Assembly: GCA_002633005.1 (NCBI GenBank)
Contig: NMRA01000214.1
Span: forward strand, 270,414 to 334,413
Length of the DNA stretch: 64,000 bases
Source of the DNA: Phoronis australis
Lineage: Eukaryota > Animalia > Phoronida
Direction: 5' to 3'
Made by a program: the position numbers and the translations under genes
Part shown: piece by piece, positions 61,125-64,000 of the stretch
How positions within the stretch are numbered: position 1 is the stretch's first letter
Layout of the letters: the number at the start of each line of letters is the position of its first letter
Notes under the pieces: generated by a model
Databases searched by the model: none
Seen by the model: the letters and a program-made list of their open reading frames with translations, nothing else
Told to the model about the DNA's origin: nothing

Positions 61125-62035
61125 GTGGTATGAATGAATCCGATCTCAAGTTTCCTTCTACATTCCGCACACGTGATCGTGCAGTTTGTAATAGAGTTTT
61201 TATTTTGAAATAGTGTTAGTATTGGTCAAATTTTGTTCAATCTATCACAATGTTAATTTTAAGCGTGGGGTTTACACGTTCAAATTTTGATGCTGTTTAC
61301 ATTTACTCAAAATATATCTGCAATAAAAATTATCGTATCCCATCATACCCACATGTTTCTATCGAGTATCAAACAAGCAGTCGCCTGGGTTTATGTTTGA
61401 GCAAAGCATTCATGTGGTGGAATGGACGTTCTGGGTTCAACACTAGGTGATTGCCGTCAAAACATTCCAAATGTGTGTTGGTTACTAAATAAATGTCACA
61501 CGAAGGATATTCCACTGTACGACATCAATAACACGTTTCTGTACACAGTTATCAAAAAGATTCACGGAACAGCCATGACATTGCTTAATATACATAACAG
61601 GATATCGGGAAACAGACACAGCAAAGTACTAACCTATTTTGAAGTCTTTGCCTGTGGCATGAATAAATCCGATATCACAATTCCTTCTAAAATACGTACA
61701 TTGTCGAGTAAGTCATACAACACGCAGTCATGCAGTAATAGGGTTTTTATTTTGAAATAGATTTGAAATTAGTTAACTTTTGTTAATTCTAACACTATGC
61801 CTTATTTTAGGCGTGAGTTTTACTTGGCTCAAATTTGATGCTGTTGCCTTACATTTACTCAAAATCTTTCTACAATCAACTGTGTTGTCCACTTCCTACC
61901 GATGATTCTATCGAGTACCAATATATAAATCACCGTTGTACATCATGCTAAAAAGCATGCATTTGGTTGACTGGCGATGAGATTGTCGTCAAAACCCTCT
62001 AAATGCGGTTTGGTTAATATAAAACGTCACCCGAA
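61125..62035. repeat. Diverged direct duplication, ~530-bp period
   Basis: GTGGYATGAATRAATCCGAT, TTTTTATTTTGAAATAG, TTACATTTACTCAAAAT, TTCTATCGAGTA recur at ~61125-61500 and ~61654-62030. Confidence 0.7.
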
Positions 62036-62039
62036 CGGN

Positions 62040-62153
62040 TTATTTCAGTTTACGGGTTTGTCTATGTACTGACGGCACTCGAATAAAAGAATTAGGCTGT
62101 ACGTAGAATCACCTGCGTTTCTCTCGATTGTTCGCTGACACTGCGCCAGAACA
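62040..62153 (+). mobile_element. 3' end of another LTR of the same BEL/Pao family, immediately after an N join
   Basis: Near-identical to 59680-59793, ends CCAGAACA, but the downstream flank is TTAAA rather than GATGT. Confidence 0.85.
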
Positions 62154-62572
62154 TTAAACCTAATTTAATATGACTGAAATCTTATTGAGAGTTTGCTTTA
62201 ATGTAGAAGTCAGTGCTTCTTTAAACACACAGAAATTTGACGATACAAACAAATGGGAGGATTGGAAATGTGTTTTTGATTTTTTCTTTTTCTTTTTCTT
62301 TTTTTCTGCACAGTTCTGTACGTTGTAGTGTTGTATATATTTGTATAATTATGTACTGATACTGCATCCTCACTCACAAGGTGGCGCCACATGAGTGCAC
62401 TTTACAAATACTGTTCGTAAATTTTCCTCAAGCGTTAGATACGCTTAACAATGTGACTGACTTTTCAGGGCTAACACCTGTAAGTTATGTGATCAGATAA
62501 CTTTCATTCAAGGCAGTCAGCTGATCTTGTGGTTATTTGTCCGTGTTGAGATTTTGTTACTTAAATTTACAG

Positions 62573-62775
62573 TTGTGGGACGGAACTGTGTAGACGTCAA
62601 ACAACGTAATCCAGGCGCCACTAGCGGTGTCTACTATCTACAAACCAACATAGGCCCACTACAGGTCTACTGTGACATGAAGGTCGGCGGAGGTGGCTTC
62701 ACCTTCCTTCGGAAACGGGATATAACGTGTGGGACGAGACTTAACATAAGTGAGCTCAGGCAGAATAACAGTAAG
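62573..62775 (+). CDS. Internal exon encoding the N-terminal part of a fibrinogen-related (FReD/intelectin-like) domain
   Basis: tttacag acceptor, AAG|GTAAGT donor; GRNCVDVKQRNPGATSGVYYLQTNIGPLQVYCDMKVGGGGFTFL matches the CxD..SGVYxI..VYCDM..GGGWT signature. Confidence 0.82.
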
Positions 62776-62789
62776 GTAAGTTCACGGTA

Positions 62790-63000
62790 CCATTGAAGGA
62801 TGACGACCATGACGAAAGTAATGATGATGATGTTAATGATACTGATAATAATATTGACATTAATATTGACTATGACAGTAATTGCACAATGATTATAATG
62901 ATGATGATGTTGGTCATGATTACCATTCTCATAATTATCACTTTCGTCGTTATCATTGCAATAACAATAACTATAAAAATAACTATGTAATGGTGGTGGT
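62790..63000. repeat. Low-complexity degenerate (ATG/ATA/GAC)n tract
   Basis: Trinucleotide-periodic sequence in the intron. Confidence 0.75.
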
Positions 63001-63014
63001 AGTTGAGATCAGTT

Positions 63015-63958
63015 GAAACTCTTCGGGGAATTTCGTAGCATCAAATTATTCCGGCCCAGGATGTTTCATATCTGTGCATGAGCGAAATTCAATCCTAAGG
63101 GCAAAGACGACATTTCGAGTGGCCGATTTTGACGGCATCACGGGTCTGGGCAAAAAAAAATCGTTCTGTACACTGATGTTTCAATTAAGACACCTGAAAA
63201 ATAGGCACGACTTACAGAAAGCTCATACAGGAAAAAATTCAATGAAGTCATAATTTTTTACTTTCCTGCGTATACCGAAAAATGAGATGCCAAAACAATG
63301 ACCAAAATGCGTACCTAATTTCACAAATTCACGATTGCCTCGATTCAAGACAGGGGAGAAAAACCCAAATGCTTGTGCACCCTAGATTCCAATAATTTAG
63401 GTAATATTGAAATATGTCATTACCACCCAGGTTTTGTCAATTTTCACTTGTCTGAAGGGTATGTCATTGTATTCGTGCTAAAAATTCTCAGCTGCACGAG
63501 GATGTGCTCTGAAAATGACGGAACTTGCGTATTGGGATAGATAAGAACAGAGGCCAAATTTCTGGACTCAAAACAACTTCAAGGGACTACTCAACCATTC
63601 TTGGCAATCACTTCCATTAATCTACAAAATTGCCGTCATCTCTGACCCACTTCATTTTTGAAGTACTCGCAAAAACCCGAACCCTGGCCTTACACCTAAC
63701 TGCAAAGTTATTTCTTTAGCTTAGCAGACTTCATAAGTCGTACTGGTGCGCGATGTCATTCTCAGTCCTAAATCTGCCGCCTAGTGCACTATGTAAACTC
63801 TTGTTTAAATCTGTTAGCACAGGGGGTGTCCCGACGCATTCGACAGAATTCACCATTGCTAGATTCGCATGAATTGCTATTAGGATGGAACTTTGCACAT
63901 GCACAGATAGGAAACAGCGAAGGATACTTTGAGGCTACAAAATACCCGAAGAGATCGA
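63015..63958. mobile_element. Old foldback/MITE-like element with ~130-bp diverged inverted arms
   Basis: CTCTTCGGG..GTAGC.TCAAA..ATCTGTGCATG.GC.AA.TTC.ATCCTAA at 63019-63100 is mirrored at 63880-63953. Confidence 0.55.
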
Positions 63959-64000
63959 AAGTGTTAAACATACAATACCAACGAATCTAATGAGGTAACG

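Noticed and set aside
62793-62990. Acidic then hydrophobic 65-aa ORF resembling a membrane peptide
   Set aside because: Translation of low-complexity trinucleotide sequence just downstream of a strong splice donor

Overview
This is eukaryotic (invertebrate-animal-like), AT-rich, intron-containing genomic DNA; no prokaryotic system, rRNA, tRNA or CRISPR was seen. Left: the first nine coding exons of COPA (coatomer alpha, minus strand, ATG at 9949, continuing off the left edge), head-to-head with a five-exon, ~1032-aa zinc-finger gene (12014-19572, plus). That protein has a triplicated four-finger module and a polyQ tract. 20-32 kb is intergenic and rich in transposon remnants: a nested stack of MITEs plus a solo LTR, and a Kolobok element splitting a LINE RT fragment. 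33-60.5 kb is a degenerate, internally rearranged tandem array of a ~1.9-kb unit (at least 9 partial copies). Each unit carries exon-like cassettes, a TATA-like motif and an old MITE-like core. The array is secondarily invaded by two Helentron-type (HINE) elements, a Penelope-type hammerhead fragment and a decayed BEL/Pao LTR retrotransposon (53028-59793, TSD GATGT). Right end: one exon of a fibrinogen-related-domain-like gene (62573-62775). Two single-N joins (4519, 62039) mark assembly seams. The least explained structure is the 1.9-kb array; its function cannot be established from sequence alone.
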